From Octopus vulgaris (Eukaryota): DNA of 64,000 bases. The stretch spans positions 34,844,001 through 34,908,000 of the forward strand of contig OX597821.1 of assembly GCA_951406725.2 (NCBI GenBank), read 5' to 3'. The notes beneath the pieces were generated by a model. The model saw only the letters and a list, made by a program, of their open reading frames with translations, searched no databases and was not told the origin of the DNA. Each line of letters opens with the position of its first letter. Position 1 is the stretch's first letter. Both the position numbers and the translations under genes were made by a program. This document shows, piece by piece, positions 1 to 11,852 of the stretch.

Positions 1-342
1 AAAGAAAGATAGCAAGAAACAAAGTGAGATGACTGTAATAACCACTTAAATATATGCAGGTACATAACACTCAACCGCAGATAAATCTCCTCTTAGCGTT
101 GCAGTTAACAAGAGAGATCAGAGAATAATGCTGTCTAACCGCGTAGTCAACCTTGCGACTTTAATCCTCTTTTTCTTAAAACCTGCCCTACCTAAACTTT
201 ATGGTCTCCTTCTGCAAAGAGATACTTGAAGACAGTAATTAAAGAGCTTCCATTATACAAGCTTTAGGTAGTTTGAACTGTGTACTCTAAACGAAGATCT
301 CATTCTGAAGCCCTAAAGAGTAGAGTATAAAAATAATTATGA

Positions 343-630
343 ACACACACACACACACACACACAAAGACTCGAGCGCACACACACTCGCGTACACACAC
401 ACACGCACACACACACTTGCGCACGCACACACACATACACGCACACACACACACACGCACACAGACACACTCGCGCACACGCACACACACGCACACACAT
501 ACACACACGCGCACGCACGTGCACACACAGACGCACACACGCACACGCATACACACACTCGCACACACACACACACACATGCACACACACATGTACAGCT
601 ATATTAAAACATAGACGCACGCACACGCAC
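343..630. repeat. Degenerate (CA)n/(CGCA)n microsatellite
   Basis: Directly visible; accounts for the VC/HT-repeat ORFs at 287-635. Confidence 0.95.
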
Positions 631-1640
631 GCCATCTTCGCCTAAAAATGTCGGTTTACTTCATCGAGAGAATGGAGCGGAAAATGGAGAAAGCTAGTTC
701 TTTCTTCACTGATTCTACTTGAGAAATAACATCTCTCATCTTGTCTTCACTCAACCTTGCCTATTTTTCAGATCCTGTGTTGAACAAGTGTCATATCTTG
801 TTTTTCCACAAATAAACTGAACAAGACATCTTGGCGTGGCAGGGTGGGTGAGGGTTTGTGAAAAAAAACAAAGAAAAAAACCCCAAAAAAGCAACAAAAT
901 TTTAAAAATCAATGATAAACCCAGAAAATAAATTGGAGTTCTTAAGTCGGTTAGTAGGGAGGTCTACAAATCCATTTCCTACCAAATCCTACGTTCAACG
1001 ACGCCACCGTTCTTAGTGATTTTTATCTCATTGGACCCGGATCTTCGAAAGCCGAAAGGGTAGAACTATCCCTGTATTAAGACTTTCCCACCATAATATA
1101 TTCATGCACAGTTATGGCGTTAGACATCTTCGACTCTTCCTCCCTCTAAAATCCCTGTGGAGTAAACAGATCGTGAACCAACAGGTGGTGGTGACAACTG
1201 GGTTTCAGTTACAAATTGCACATAAGCAGTCTTTTGACTATTTGATTGGTCAAATGACTACTAGGTGCAGTCGTTCTTCTCTGAACATGGGGTGGGAGAG
1301 GAATTTAATAGCATTCGGGGTGATCGGATTGTATTTCTTAGGATATCACGGCCAATCGACTTTGTATTTCGCTCCTTTCAAATCTAACACCTACTTCACT
1401 TATGTTAATTACATCTCAGTTTCTAAAATTGATTTAATACATTAAGCTTCATTTCCAGTGATTTACTTTCATGACAAAAATTCTTTTATTCCATCTCGAA
1501 ATTATTTCTAACATAAGCGTTAGTTTTGAGCGTTGGTTACCTCTTTGTCGAAGTGAAATAAACGTAAAATGGAAGACTAATGAAAATTGAAACGAAAGCA
1601 TGAACATTGCTTTTCTGTATACGTAAATTAAAAGCTAACA

Positions 1641-2050
1641 AGGCGCAGGAGTGGCTGTGTGGTAAGTAGCTTGTTTACCAACCACATGGTTCCGGGTTCA
1701 GTCCCACTGCGTGGCACCTTGGGTAAGTGTCTTCTACTATAGCCTCGGGCCGACCAAAGCCTTGTGAGTGGATTTGGTTGACGGAAACTGAAAGAAAGAA
1801 GCCCGTCGTATATATGTATATATATATATGTATGTGCGTGTGTTTGTGTGTCTGTGTTTGTCCCCCTAGAATTGCTTGACAACCGATGCTGGTGTGTTTA
1901 TGTCCCCGTTACTTAACGATTCGGCAAAAAAGACCGATAGAATAAGTACTGGGCTTACAATAGAATAAGTCCCGGGGTCGATTTGCTCGATTAAAGGCCG
2001 TGCTCCAGCATGGCCGCAGTCAAATGACTGAAACAAGTAAAAGAGTAAAA
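1641..2050 (+). mobile_element. tRNA-derived CORE-type SINE (family A), full length
   Basis: Head ggcgcaggagtggctgtgtggtaag...ggttcagtccc (A/B-box-like), CORE-like ccttgggtaagtgtctt, internal TA/TG microsatellite, tail gtgctccagcatggccgcagtcaaatgactgaaacaagtaaaagag; many copies in the window. Confidence 0.9.
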
Positions 2051-2465
2051 AAAGTGTAAGAGAGCCTCTAGGTAGTCGCCCAACATACTAGAAATATTAA
2101 CAAAATCTGTTTCTTAAATCGCATTCTACTATCTTAGAGAAGCTACGTTCGATAATTATATACATACATACATACACACGCACGCATACATACATCCATC
2201 TATACATACATACATACTTACATACATACATACATACATACACATGCATGGTCTTAATTGCTATTTTGTATCCTCTTGAGAAGGAGATAATTTTTTAAAA
2301 ACCAAGAATTTATGTTGTATGGCATTTAATGTAACTGTATTTGTTTATGATGTTCAAACGCATGCCAAAGGCCATTCTGAATTATTTGTCTCTTAGCTCA
2401 TATTTGTTTAAACTACGCATACTAATTAAGTCATTAATGTGTTAGAGAAAAGGTTATACAATCGC

Positions 2466-2506
2466 TATGCTGATGACGCTTGTTGAGGCAGAAACACCTA
2501 TCCATG
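2466..2506 (+). ncRNA. Degenerate minimal hammerhead ribozyme motif (probable Penelope-like remnant)
   Basis: tatg-CTGATGA-cgcttgttgaggca-GAAA-cacct-ATC-catg; stem I tatg/catg, imperfect stems II and III. Confidence 0.4.
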
Positions 2507-3384
2507 ACTGTCTTCTTATCTCCAGATAATAAACCTGTCCTTTTTCTTAATGGCATGCAAACTTTGCAAAATTCTTGATTCTTGGTGCTAGGGAAACCCC
2601 TCGACACCTATTTCAGTCTAGCGGTCATGTATATAATATATGAGAGAGCAAGTTCAACGATTCTTCTTTCCTGTTTCTCCTGCCATGATATTGTCAATAG
2701 TTCTCGGTAGGCCGTACTTTCTGACAGAAGACTCACCTGCTTTTATTCCGGAGAAAGTAGGTAGGATTTGGAATCAGAAAAAGATAGAGCAAGAATGGAC
2801 AGCGCACAGTACCCAGTCTGATGCTTTTAGAAATTCATCATTTGGGGAATTCCAACCACGTTTCGTGGTTCACTACCTCAACAACTCCTTTATAGGATCT
2901 AGTGGCTAAGGATATCATCAGGAGGACCTACGTCCGGTTTCGGCTCCTACTCCTCGACCGTTTTCGACGTGGTGTGGCCACACCTCTTGAAGGTGTCTTC
3001 AGCTATGGTGTTGAAAGCGATTTTTTCCCTTTGGCTTTTTGTTCTTTAGTTTCTTCGATGCAGCGTCGACGAATGTCAGCGGGCGAATGGTCTCCCTAGT
3101 AGGCTCCAGCAGACAGCACCAGCTGTCACGTGACACAATCTAGGCTTCAACTGACCAATGGAGGGGAAGGGCGCGTAGTCTTGGCCCGCGCATTCTCTTG
3201 ACCTACTTTCCAACAGAGTTGTGTTAGTTTCAGCTCCAGAAGCCAGTGCCGACTAGCTGTTTGTGGTACAAGCCTTCGAACTATCAGGGAGGAGGCCGCA
3301 CAATGAACGAGATTGTTCCCTCGGCCCACCTGTCAAGCAGCAACGCTGTTTCATTGACAGCCTCACCTTGCGATGCTATTTCCC

Positions 3385-3660
3385 AGTCGGCATGTTATGG
3401 CTTTTGAGCCATTTCGGGTCTTCTCGTTCCAGCCATATATAGAAGCTGGCTTTGTTGAATTCCTCCTGTATCCTCCTTATTATTTTCTCAGCTCTGAGCT
3501 CGAAAATGTAAACCTTCTTTTAAATAACGTCACCATTTTCTTTCCAATGAAGCCTCTAGCAAATACTGCCAGGTGGTAATATTCGACAGTCCACCCCTGT
3601 TCTACGCTCTCTTCGATCAATCTTTCTTACCTCCTCTTCTTTCATTGCTTTGCATTGTGA
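3385..3660 (-). pseudogene. HERO-like non-LTR retrotransposon restriction-like endonuclease C-terminal fossil
   Basis: Manual minus-strand translation LIEESVEQGWTVEYYHLAVFARGFIGKK, then a frameshift, then IQEEFNKASFYIWLEREDPKW; resembles the GW..EVGxRGF...ASxWIW.KR motif of HERO-type RLE elements. Confidence 0.6.
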
Positions 3661-3707
3661 TGCACTGTGGGATGAGAAAAGACGAAAGACAAAGAGGATC
3701 TCTGCGA

Positions 3708-3750
<43 letters not shown>

Positions 3751-3846
3751 GTATTTATGTATGCATGTATGTGTGTGTATGCATGTATGTATGCATGTGA
3801 GTATACATATATATATGTGTATATGTTGGTGTGTGTATATATAAAT

Positions 3847-4490
3847 ATTCTTTTCTACTCTAGGCACAATGCCCGAAATTTTGGGGGAATGGGGGAGCCA
3901 GTCAATTTGATCGACCCCAGTACTTAAATTTATCAACCCCGGAAGGATGAAAGGCAAAGTCAACCTCGGTGGAATTTGAACTCAGAACGCAAAGACAGAA
4001 GAAATACCAATTTCTTTACTACCCAGAAGGGGTTAAACACAGAGAGGATAAACAAAGACAGACAAACGGATTAAATCGATTATATCAACCCCAGTGCGTA
4101 ACTGGTAATTATTTAATCGACCCCGAAAGGATGAAAGGTAAAGTCGACCTCGGCGGAATTTGAAATCGGAACGTAACAGCAGACGAAATACGGCTACGCA
4201 TTTCGCCCGGCATGCTAACGTTTCTGCCAGCTTGCCGCCTTTAGACAGACAAAATACCTATTTCTTTACTACCCACAAGGGGCTAAACACAGAGAGGATA
4301 AACAAGGACAGACAAACGGATTAAGTCGATTACATCGACCCCAGTGCGAAACTGGTACTTTATTTATCTTCCCCGAAAGGATGAAAGGCAAAGTCGACCT
4401 CGGCGGAATTTGAACTCAGAACGTAACGACAGACGAAATACCGCTAAGCATTTTGCCCGGCGTGCTAACGTTTCTGCTATCTCGCAGCCT
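3847..4490 (-). mobile_element. Concatemer/nest of SINE family B copies
   Basis: Three repeats of ccccgaaaggatgaaaggcaaagtcgacctcggcggaatttgaa(c)tcagaacg with tails joined to internal positions. Confidence 0.9.
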
Positions 4491-4506
4491 TGTATATATA
4501 TATATA

Positions 4507-4556
4507 AATACTGAGGTCTCTCCGCATAGGTTCGGAGCGTACGGCTGCATTAGAAA

Positions 4557-4605
<49 letters not shown>

Positions 4606-4651
4606 CTGAGGTCTCTCCGCATAGGTTCGGAGCGTACGGCTGCATTAGTAA

Positions 4652-4656
<5 letters not shown>
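4507..4656. repeat. Tandem duplication of a ~55-bp unique unit separated by (TA)n
   Basis: aaatactgaggtctctccgcataggttcggagcgtacggctgcattag(a/t)aagtgca at 4507 and 4601; one mismatch. Confidence 0.9.
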
Positions 4657-4709
<53 letters not shown>

Positions 4710-4713
<4 letters not shown>

Positions 4714-5087
4714 GATCAAAATAAAAACATGATGCGAAGGATTCAGCGGTACATATGTTTCGGGCCTTTATTAGACAGATTTATAACAATGCATAATGTA
4801 TGTCTGTGGCCTTCTTCAGCCGCGCACAACAGCTCATTCTACATTGAGAGAAGAAAGAGATGGACGCTTCAATTCTATGCTGCTGCCGCATTATGTCGTA
4901 CGCGAATGAGAGGATTTGCATCCCCAACCAAGAATTTTTGATGTAACACATGTCCTTGTGGAAGCTGTTGTGCGCGGCTGAAGAAGGCCACAGACATACA
5001 TTATGCATTGTTATAAATCTGTCTAATAAAGGCCCGAAACATATGTACCGCTGAATCCTTCGCATCATGTTTTTATTTTGATCAATT
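4710..5087. mobile_element. Foldback/MITE-like element with 125-bp terminal inverted repeats
   Basis: Arms 4710-4834 and 4963-5087 are reverse complements; the ORFs at 4729(+) and 5068(-) share the same first 35 aa; 128-bp spacer. Confidence 0.85.
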
Positions 5088-5153
5088 TACTCCACCACCT
5101 ACACCACCAAACGGTATACACAGGTGCTTATAATTATCAAGTACTCACCCCGA

Positions 5154-5241
<88 letters not shown>

Positions 5242-6234
5242 ATCTACGTCACTAATTGTGTATACATGTATGTGAGAGACAAAGAGAGAAAGAAAGATTA
5301 AGAGAACGAGAGAGAGAGAGTGTGTGAAATAAAGCGATCGATCGATAGACGGATAGATAGATAGATAGAGATGGAGAGAGAAAAGTATCACCTATAACAT
5401 CAATGTATACACAAAATGAGCAAGACCTGAGCCGAGTCGGGGCAAGCTAGCTGAGCCCTCCGCACACGTACTCTTGTCCATTAACGTTTCATAGATACCA
5501 CTTACAACCTTAGCAATTATATAAATCTTCTGTAATACCTCTTCTCAGGCCCTTCTGAAAATAAAAAATGCCTTACAAGAACGCACACGCGCGCGCACCT
5601 CCATCCCTTCGTCCACACCCGCACGTTTCTTTACCAACTTACTCATTTTTTAAATTTGTATTTATTTTTCCGGTTATCGAATCGCATAACTTTTTTTTTT
5701 TTTGTCAGCTTATCTCTTCCTGGTACCAAGCAATGTATTCTATCTTTCTCAACCAACCCCTTCAAAAAAGAAAAAAAAAAAAAAAAAAGCTGCCTTTATT
5801 AACCCCTCGTTGGTTGAAACACAATACCGACACGGCGAAAAGGGACAGCAAAGAAAATGCAGTCATCCACAGATGACACGCAAATTAGTTTAATTTAAGA
5901 CGAGTAACCATCCAATCGGAAACGAGTTGACGAGAACCAGATTTGCAGAGAGCTGAGGCTATCTATCTATCTATCTATCTAAGTATCTAACTATCTATTT
6001 GTATGTCTGTCATATATATATTTATATTCACAGAAACGTGTATACATCCACACACATATATAGCCTTATATATATATATATGTATGTATGTATATATATT
6101 AAACAGCCGAAATTTGCAATGATGAATCGGTTTCTTACTGAAGAATGAAGGCTTTGAATGACCTGTCTGTTTTTCATGTTCGTCCCTTCGTGTATTTCAC
6201 GTTATTTATATTTATATATGTAAAGTTTTATTCA

Positions 6235-6291
<57 letters not shown>

Positions 6292-6435
6292 TAGATACAT
6301 ACACACGCACATACATACGCACACACACACACACATACACACACAGACAGACAGTCAGACACACACACAAAAACATATCTATATAGAAATATATAAATAG
6401 CTATAGATATTCATACATGCATACACACACAGATA

Positions 6436-6466
<31 letters not shown>

Positions 6467-6945
6467 TCTATATAAAAATATGTATACATATCTACGCAAA
6501 CATGTGCATGCGGACAGTGACGCACACATACATAAACATTCATAGCAACACGCACACACTCGCGTATAAACAGACACATGCTATAAACACATACAAGTGC
6601 AAAATGTCAGCAGTAATACAAAATAATGAAGTGCTAAAAGATCAGTTTAACGTTGAGAGCTCGTACAGGGATAAGCAACTTTTTTTTTCTCGAAGCGAGC
6701 CGCATGCAACATGACCTAACATCAAGCGGGCCGCACGTCTAAAAAAAAAAAATCCAAGGTAACTTTTTTGGTAGCGTGTCATCCAGAAAGTTCCGCGAAC
6801 CGCACGCCACCCATCTCTAATCTAGTGGCTTCATTGACCTTCTGACTTGCCATGATATAACGTTGATCGTCACTATGGGATATACTTATTCTTTGTAAGC
6901 CTAGTATTTATTCTATCGGTTGTCTCAAGCGGCGGTGGGGATACA

Positions 6946-6978
<33 letters not shown>

Positions 6979-6981
6979 GAT

Positions 6982-7061
6982 GGCAAGTGTCTTCTACTAT
7001 AGCCTCGAGCCGACCAAAGCCTTGTGAGTGGATTATATAGACGGAAAATAAAACAAGCCCG

Positions 7062-7111
<50 letters not shown>

Positions 7112-7300
7112 GTACGTGTGTGTTTACGTCGATGCTGGTGGGTTTACGTCCCCGTAACTTAGCGGTTCGGCAAAAGAGACCGATAGAATAAGTACTAGGC
7201 TTACAAAGAATAAGTCCTGGGTTCGATTTACTCGACTAAAGGCGGTGCTCCAGTATGGCCGCAGTCAAATGACTGAAACAAGTAAAAGAGTTAAGAGAGT
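6982..7300 (+). mobile_element. SINE family A, 5'-truncated (an opposite-strand fragment precedes it at ~6883-6980)
   Basis: ggcaagtgtcttctactatagcctcgagccgaccaaagcc...gcagtcaaatgactgaaacaagtaaaagag. Confidence 0.85.
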
Positions 7301-7318
7301 ATAAGTAAATATATATAT

Positions 7319-7368
<50 letters not shown>

Positions 7369-7679
7369 GAATGTGTGTGTCACCGATCGTACATATGTAT
7401 GTGAGTGAACGTACAAAATGGCGAACAGATTAGCTGTATGTTAGTAATTCTCCCAATACCTAGATTATATACTAATTACACAAATTATGCAATTATTACT
7501 TCGGCATCAGACCAACGCCTACGAAAAAGTGACTATCAATTAGAGACAGCTACATCATCAGCTACGTTCAGTGACTATGATTGCACAAAATACATCATAT
7601 AATCGTCTGCAACTATATGAATGTGGGTGTTCATTATTCGCTCTGTCTCTCTCTCTCACTGCATGAATGCACGTGTATG

Positions 7680-7716
<37 letters not shown>

Positions 7717-7803
7717 TCATGGATGCACACACACGCATATGTATGTGCGTACACATGCATACATTGTTCATATATACATCTTATAATTATGTATTACTAT
7801 ATA

Positions 7804-7844
<41 letters not shown>

Positions 7845-7849
<5 letters not shown>

Positions 7850-8045
7850 ATCCAAACATGAAGAACGAAAAAAACACAACAACGCGAGGACGTGGAACAA
7901 GTATAATGTCATTGGACGCTCAGGAAAAGAAAGAAAGAAGGAGGATTTAACGTTTCGAGCGGAGCTCTTCGTCAGAAACATAGAAAAAGGAAAGGTCCAA
8001 GGAAGGGAAGTCGGAGAAAGAAAATCGCCAACGATACACACGCGG

Positions 8046-8047
<2 letters not shown>
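7845..8047 (-). mobile_element. Short (TA)n-embedded repeat, probable Penelope-like element terminal (pLTR) fragment
   Basis: ~200-bp unique insert between (TA)n runs that carries a hammerhead core. Confidence 0.55.
7944..7980 (-). ncRNA. Minimal type-I hammerhead ribozyme motif
   Basis: Minus strand tgttt-CTGACGA-a-gagc-tcc-gctc-GAAA-cg-TTA-aatc: intact core, 4-bp stem II, palindromic AACGTT stem III. Confidence 0.65.
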
Positions 8048-8081
<34 letters not shown>

Positions 8082-8145
8082 TTATACATATGTTAGAAAT
8101 ATATCTTAATATATACTATGATATAGATATGTGTGTGTGTGTGTG

Positions 8146-8187
<42 letters not shown>

Positions 8188-8399
8188 TGTGTGTGTTTGT
8201 GTGTGTGTGTATATATATATATATAGGTGTGTGTGTATACATATATATATATATATATATATGTATGTATATATATATATATATGAACTAATACATCTGT
8301 TTGTTCTCTACACCACTTGTCTTCGTCTTTTGTTTTTTTGTGAATTCTTCCCATATATAACACGCTCACCTGGTTGCACCAGTTGATCCTATCTCCTCT

Positions 8400-8496
8400 C
8401 ATCACCCAACGAACTTTTAAATATTGTCTTAATAATGTGCTTTTTCATTTTTAATAGAGACCTTAAAATCAGCCATTATTTTTGCACCAGCCTTAT
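8400..8496 (-). mobile_element. Single mariner-like TIR fragment
   Basis: Minus strand taaggctggtgcaaaaataatggctgatttt resembles mariner TIRs (ttaggttggtgcaaaagtaattgc). Confidence 0.4.
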
Positions 8497-8800
8497 AACT
8501 CCGGTGCTTTTAACGAGAGGGGTTCCAGATGATCCGATCAACGGAATAGCCTGCTCGTGAAATAAACGTGCAAGTGTCTGAGTACTCCACAGACATGCAT
8601 GTTCTTCACGTAGTTCCGGGAGATTCAGCGTGACACATAATGTAACAAGGCTGGCGCTTTGAAATACAGGTACTACTCATTGTCACCTGGGTGAACTGGA
8701 ACAACGTAAAATAAAGTCACTTGCTCAAGGATACAATGCGCCACCGGGGATCCAACACGCGTCCTTATGCCTGTGAGCCTTATCACTAAGCCACGCACAT
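8497..8800 (-). mobile_element. SINE family C, diverged
   Basis: Reverse complement of the family C tail (gatccgatcaacggaatagcctgctcgtgaaat...gagattcagcgtgacac). Confidence 0.8.
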
Positions 8801-8879
8801 ACAGGCAGACAAACAGACAGACAGACAGATACACACATATATTTATATATACATAGACAAAAAGACACACAGAAAGATA

Positions 8880-9107
8880 TATTTCTTTACTACCCACAAG
8901 GGGTTAAACATAGAGGGGACAAACAAAGACAGACAAACGGATTTAGTCGATTACATCGACCCCAGTGCGTAACTGGTACTTACTTAATTTATCGACCCCG
9001 AAAGGATGAAAGGCAAAGTCGACCTCGGCGGAATTTGAACTCAGAACGTAACGACAGACGAAATACGGCTACGCATTTCGCCCAGCGCGCTAACGTTTCT
9101 GCCAGCT
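8880..9107 (-). mobile_element. SINE family B
   Basis: Near-full copy tttctttactacccacaagggg...ttctgccagct. Confidence 0.9.
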
Positions 9108-9168
9108 AGAAAGGAAGAGAGAGATGAGAAGGGAGAGAGAGAAAGAAAACGTGTGAATGTGTGCGCGT

Positions 9169-9232
<64 letters not shown>

Positions 9233-10055
9233 AATGTGCTTGTGGTTATAACACAGCCCTTATGAGGAAACCTAAGATAAATTTAATTAGTTAAATTCAG
9301 TTTTCATACATTTCGCTGTGGAACTTTAAATAACCATGAATACTTGTTCTCACTTCGTGCGTCGATCCTCTCCTCTGTTTCTCGTTTCGTTGATAATTCA
9401 TTAGATGACACGTGCAACTTCGTCTTCTGCTGTATAGGGAATATATCGCAAATCACTATTTAAATCAAACACAAACCGGAACTTAGCTGTAATTGTTATT
9501 GACTTTGTAATTGTTTTTCTCCTCATTCACAGAAAAATAATAGAGATTGCTTTGACTTGTTTTACAGTTCGTTGGCCATTCATTAGCAGACAAGTACACT
9601 TACATTGTCAACCGAGAAAAATAATTTATAGCAACTTGCAATCTGAATCGAATTCAATCAAGAACTTTGCTTTCATGGCTAGAATTAAATGCTGTATTCT
9701 AACACTTTCAATATATTTTACATTTTCTTAAAGGTACTCTTGTGAACAAAATATCTGTTATGTAACCACGTTATCGAGGCAAATTAATTCAGTCGTTATA
9801 TCAGATATTTCCAGATGGTGCGAACTACGTCTTTGAATGTAGTCGAACATTCGTTTAGTCTGTTGCAAGTTTGAGCAAAAAGTCAGAATTAATGAATTGT
9901 TCTTTTAAGCATTTAAAATTATTATTTATTGAGAATTTTGCAACTTCCAACTGGTAAATAACACATTTTGTATTGCTACATAATGAATTAACTTGTCATA
10001 CCGTTAAAGCTGTGTTCATACACTAAAAGAAACTACAACTCAAAACATTAATCTA

Positions 10056-10620
10056 TTGGGTTGTCCGGAAAGTTCGTGCCGATTTTTAAAGGAAAGAAAA
10101 ATGTCAATAAATACTTGCCATTACATTTTTAATCAACCAAATATGAACCATTTTGTAGCACACTTCGTCTCCATCTTTCCTTTAACTTGAAAATACCCTC
10201 TTCCCAGAAGTGAGGTGGTTTCATGGCAAAGAATTGAACAAGGTATCTTTTTACGTCATCCAAGGAATTGAAATTTTTACCATTAAGACTATTCTGCAGA
10301 GACCTGAATAAGTGGAAATCCGGAGGAGCAATATCTGGTGAATATGAAGGGTGGGGTAACATAACCCAGCTGAGCTGCAGCAATTTTTGTCTGGTTCCCA
10401 AAGCATCAAGTGCCGAAAATGAACTTTCTTATCTTCCATTTTAAAGGGTTACAGAATTAACAGAGGTTATTGGAACATAAACCTTCTTCCACGAAAAGGT
10501 AGCTTAAACTGTGCTCTAAATGGAGGTGTAGTCAATCCTGTTTTATGGACACAACCATGTTCTAAAATAAGTCGAAAGGTAAGCTACTATAAATCGGCAT
10601 GAACTTTCCGGACAACCAAA
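10056..10620 (-). mobile_element. Internally deleted mariner transposon (non-autonomous)
   Basis: 30-bp TIRs ttgggttgtccggaaagttcgtgccgattt / aaatcggcatgaactttccggacaaccaaa (2 mismatches); TA on both sides; transposase N-terminus MEDKKVHFRHLML joined out of frame to the C-terminus. Confidence 0.93.
10129..10439 (-). pseudogene. Mariner transposase remnant
   Basis: LPHPSYSPDIAPPDFHLF matches the mariner YSPDLAPxD motif; also ERWR...NGSY at the C-terminus. Confidence 0.9.
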
Positions 10621-11052
10621 TATTTTGGCTTCTCCGGATGTATCTTCGTTGTGTCTATTCTATAAATATCTTTCCAGGGTCGCTGTTCTGGTGAACTTTC
10701 TGGCATCGCGCCCACTGAGAAAACCTGTAAACGCGTCATCACCCGTTCCTCTTCCCTGGTGCATCGTTTCTCTGCTGAGTTTCCTGTTAGTCATTATTTC
10801 TTTTATTCTATACTTGAACTTGTGTTCTCTGGAACTCACTGCCATCGTCTTGTTGTCATCTTGTCTGAGATGTTCAGTCCCTTAAGTATTCTCTGAATCG
10901 ACATCTTTTCGATATATAGGCCCATTCTTTTCCTTTTTTTTCCTAGTCATTTACACTTGGGTGTAAACAGCTATTTCCATAGTTCATGAATGTTTGTAAT
11001 AAAAATGATAGTAACTCGAGTGTATTATTTATCGTAGTAAACAGGTACAAAA

Positions 11053-11502
11053 ATTTTCTTTTCTACTCTAGGCACTAGGCCCGAAATTTTGGGTGAGGGG
11101 AGCAGTCGATTAGATCGACCCAGTACGCAACTGGTACTTAATTTATCGACCACGAAAGGATGAAAGGTAAAGTCGAACTCGGCGGACTTTGAACTCAGAA
11201 CATAAAGACGGACGAAATACCGCTAAGTATTTTGCCCGGCGTGCTAATGATTCTGGTAGCTCGCCGCCTTATTATTAATAATAAGAATCCTTTCTACTCT
11301 TGGCATAAAGCCTGAAATTCGGTGGGAGGAGATTAGTCAATTACATCGATCCTAGTGCGTCACTGGTACTTAATTTATCGACTCCGAAAGGATGAAAGGC
11401 AAAGTCGACCTCGACGGAATTTGAACTCAGAACATAAAGACGGACGAAATGAGGTTAAGTATTTTGTCCGGCGTACCAACGATTCTGCCAGCACGCTGCC
11501 TT
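11053..11502 (-). mobile_element. Two tandem SINE family B copies
   Basis: Two gaaaggatgaaagg(t/c)aaagtcga..gaactcagaac cores, each with the tttctactct..ggc..aggcc.gaaatt tail variant. Confidence 0.85.
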
Positions 11503-11585
11503 AATAATAATAATAATAATAAGAAGAAGAAGAAGAAGAAGAAGGAGGAGGAAGAGAAGAAGAAGAAGAAGAAGAAGAAGAAGAA

Positions 11586-11806
11586 GAGATTGCGCGATTG
11601 TGGGCAATGAAGAAAGTGGCTGTCATCCCAGTAATTGTTGGGGCATTATCAGCCAGGTTTGAGAAACTGGTTTGTTAAGAACAACGAGTATTTTGAGCTT
11701 GGCACTTGCCTGTTCAGAATCGTGCAAAGAGACCCGGTGAGACTCTTGACAACAAGTTGTTATTTGCTCTTACAGAATTACCCGGAGCAAGTGAAATCGA
11801 GTAGTC
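11586..11806 (+). pseudogene. Dong/R4-like non-LTR retrotransposon 3' fragment ending in (TAA)n
   Basis: Translation EIARLWAMKKVAVIPVIVGAL (R4/Dong endonuclease C-terminal motif), then a 3' UTR and (TAA)n at 11807-11851. Confidence 0.7.

Positions 11807-11850
<44 letters not shown>

Positions 11851-11852
<2 letters not shown>

Noticed and set aside
4510-4560. Twister-ribozyme resemblance on the minus strand (cuaaugcagc...ugcggagag)
   Set aside because: P1 does not pair, the loop lacks the AAGC needed for the second pseudoknot, and P4 would overlap P2.
4729-5068. Duplicated small protein on both strands
   Set aside because: A by-product of the inverted repeat; no coding evidence.
6666-6823. 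hAT-like MITE (cagggataagcaac...gcgggccgca)
   Set aside because: No convincing second TIR or 8-bp TSD.
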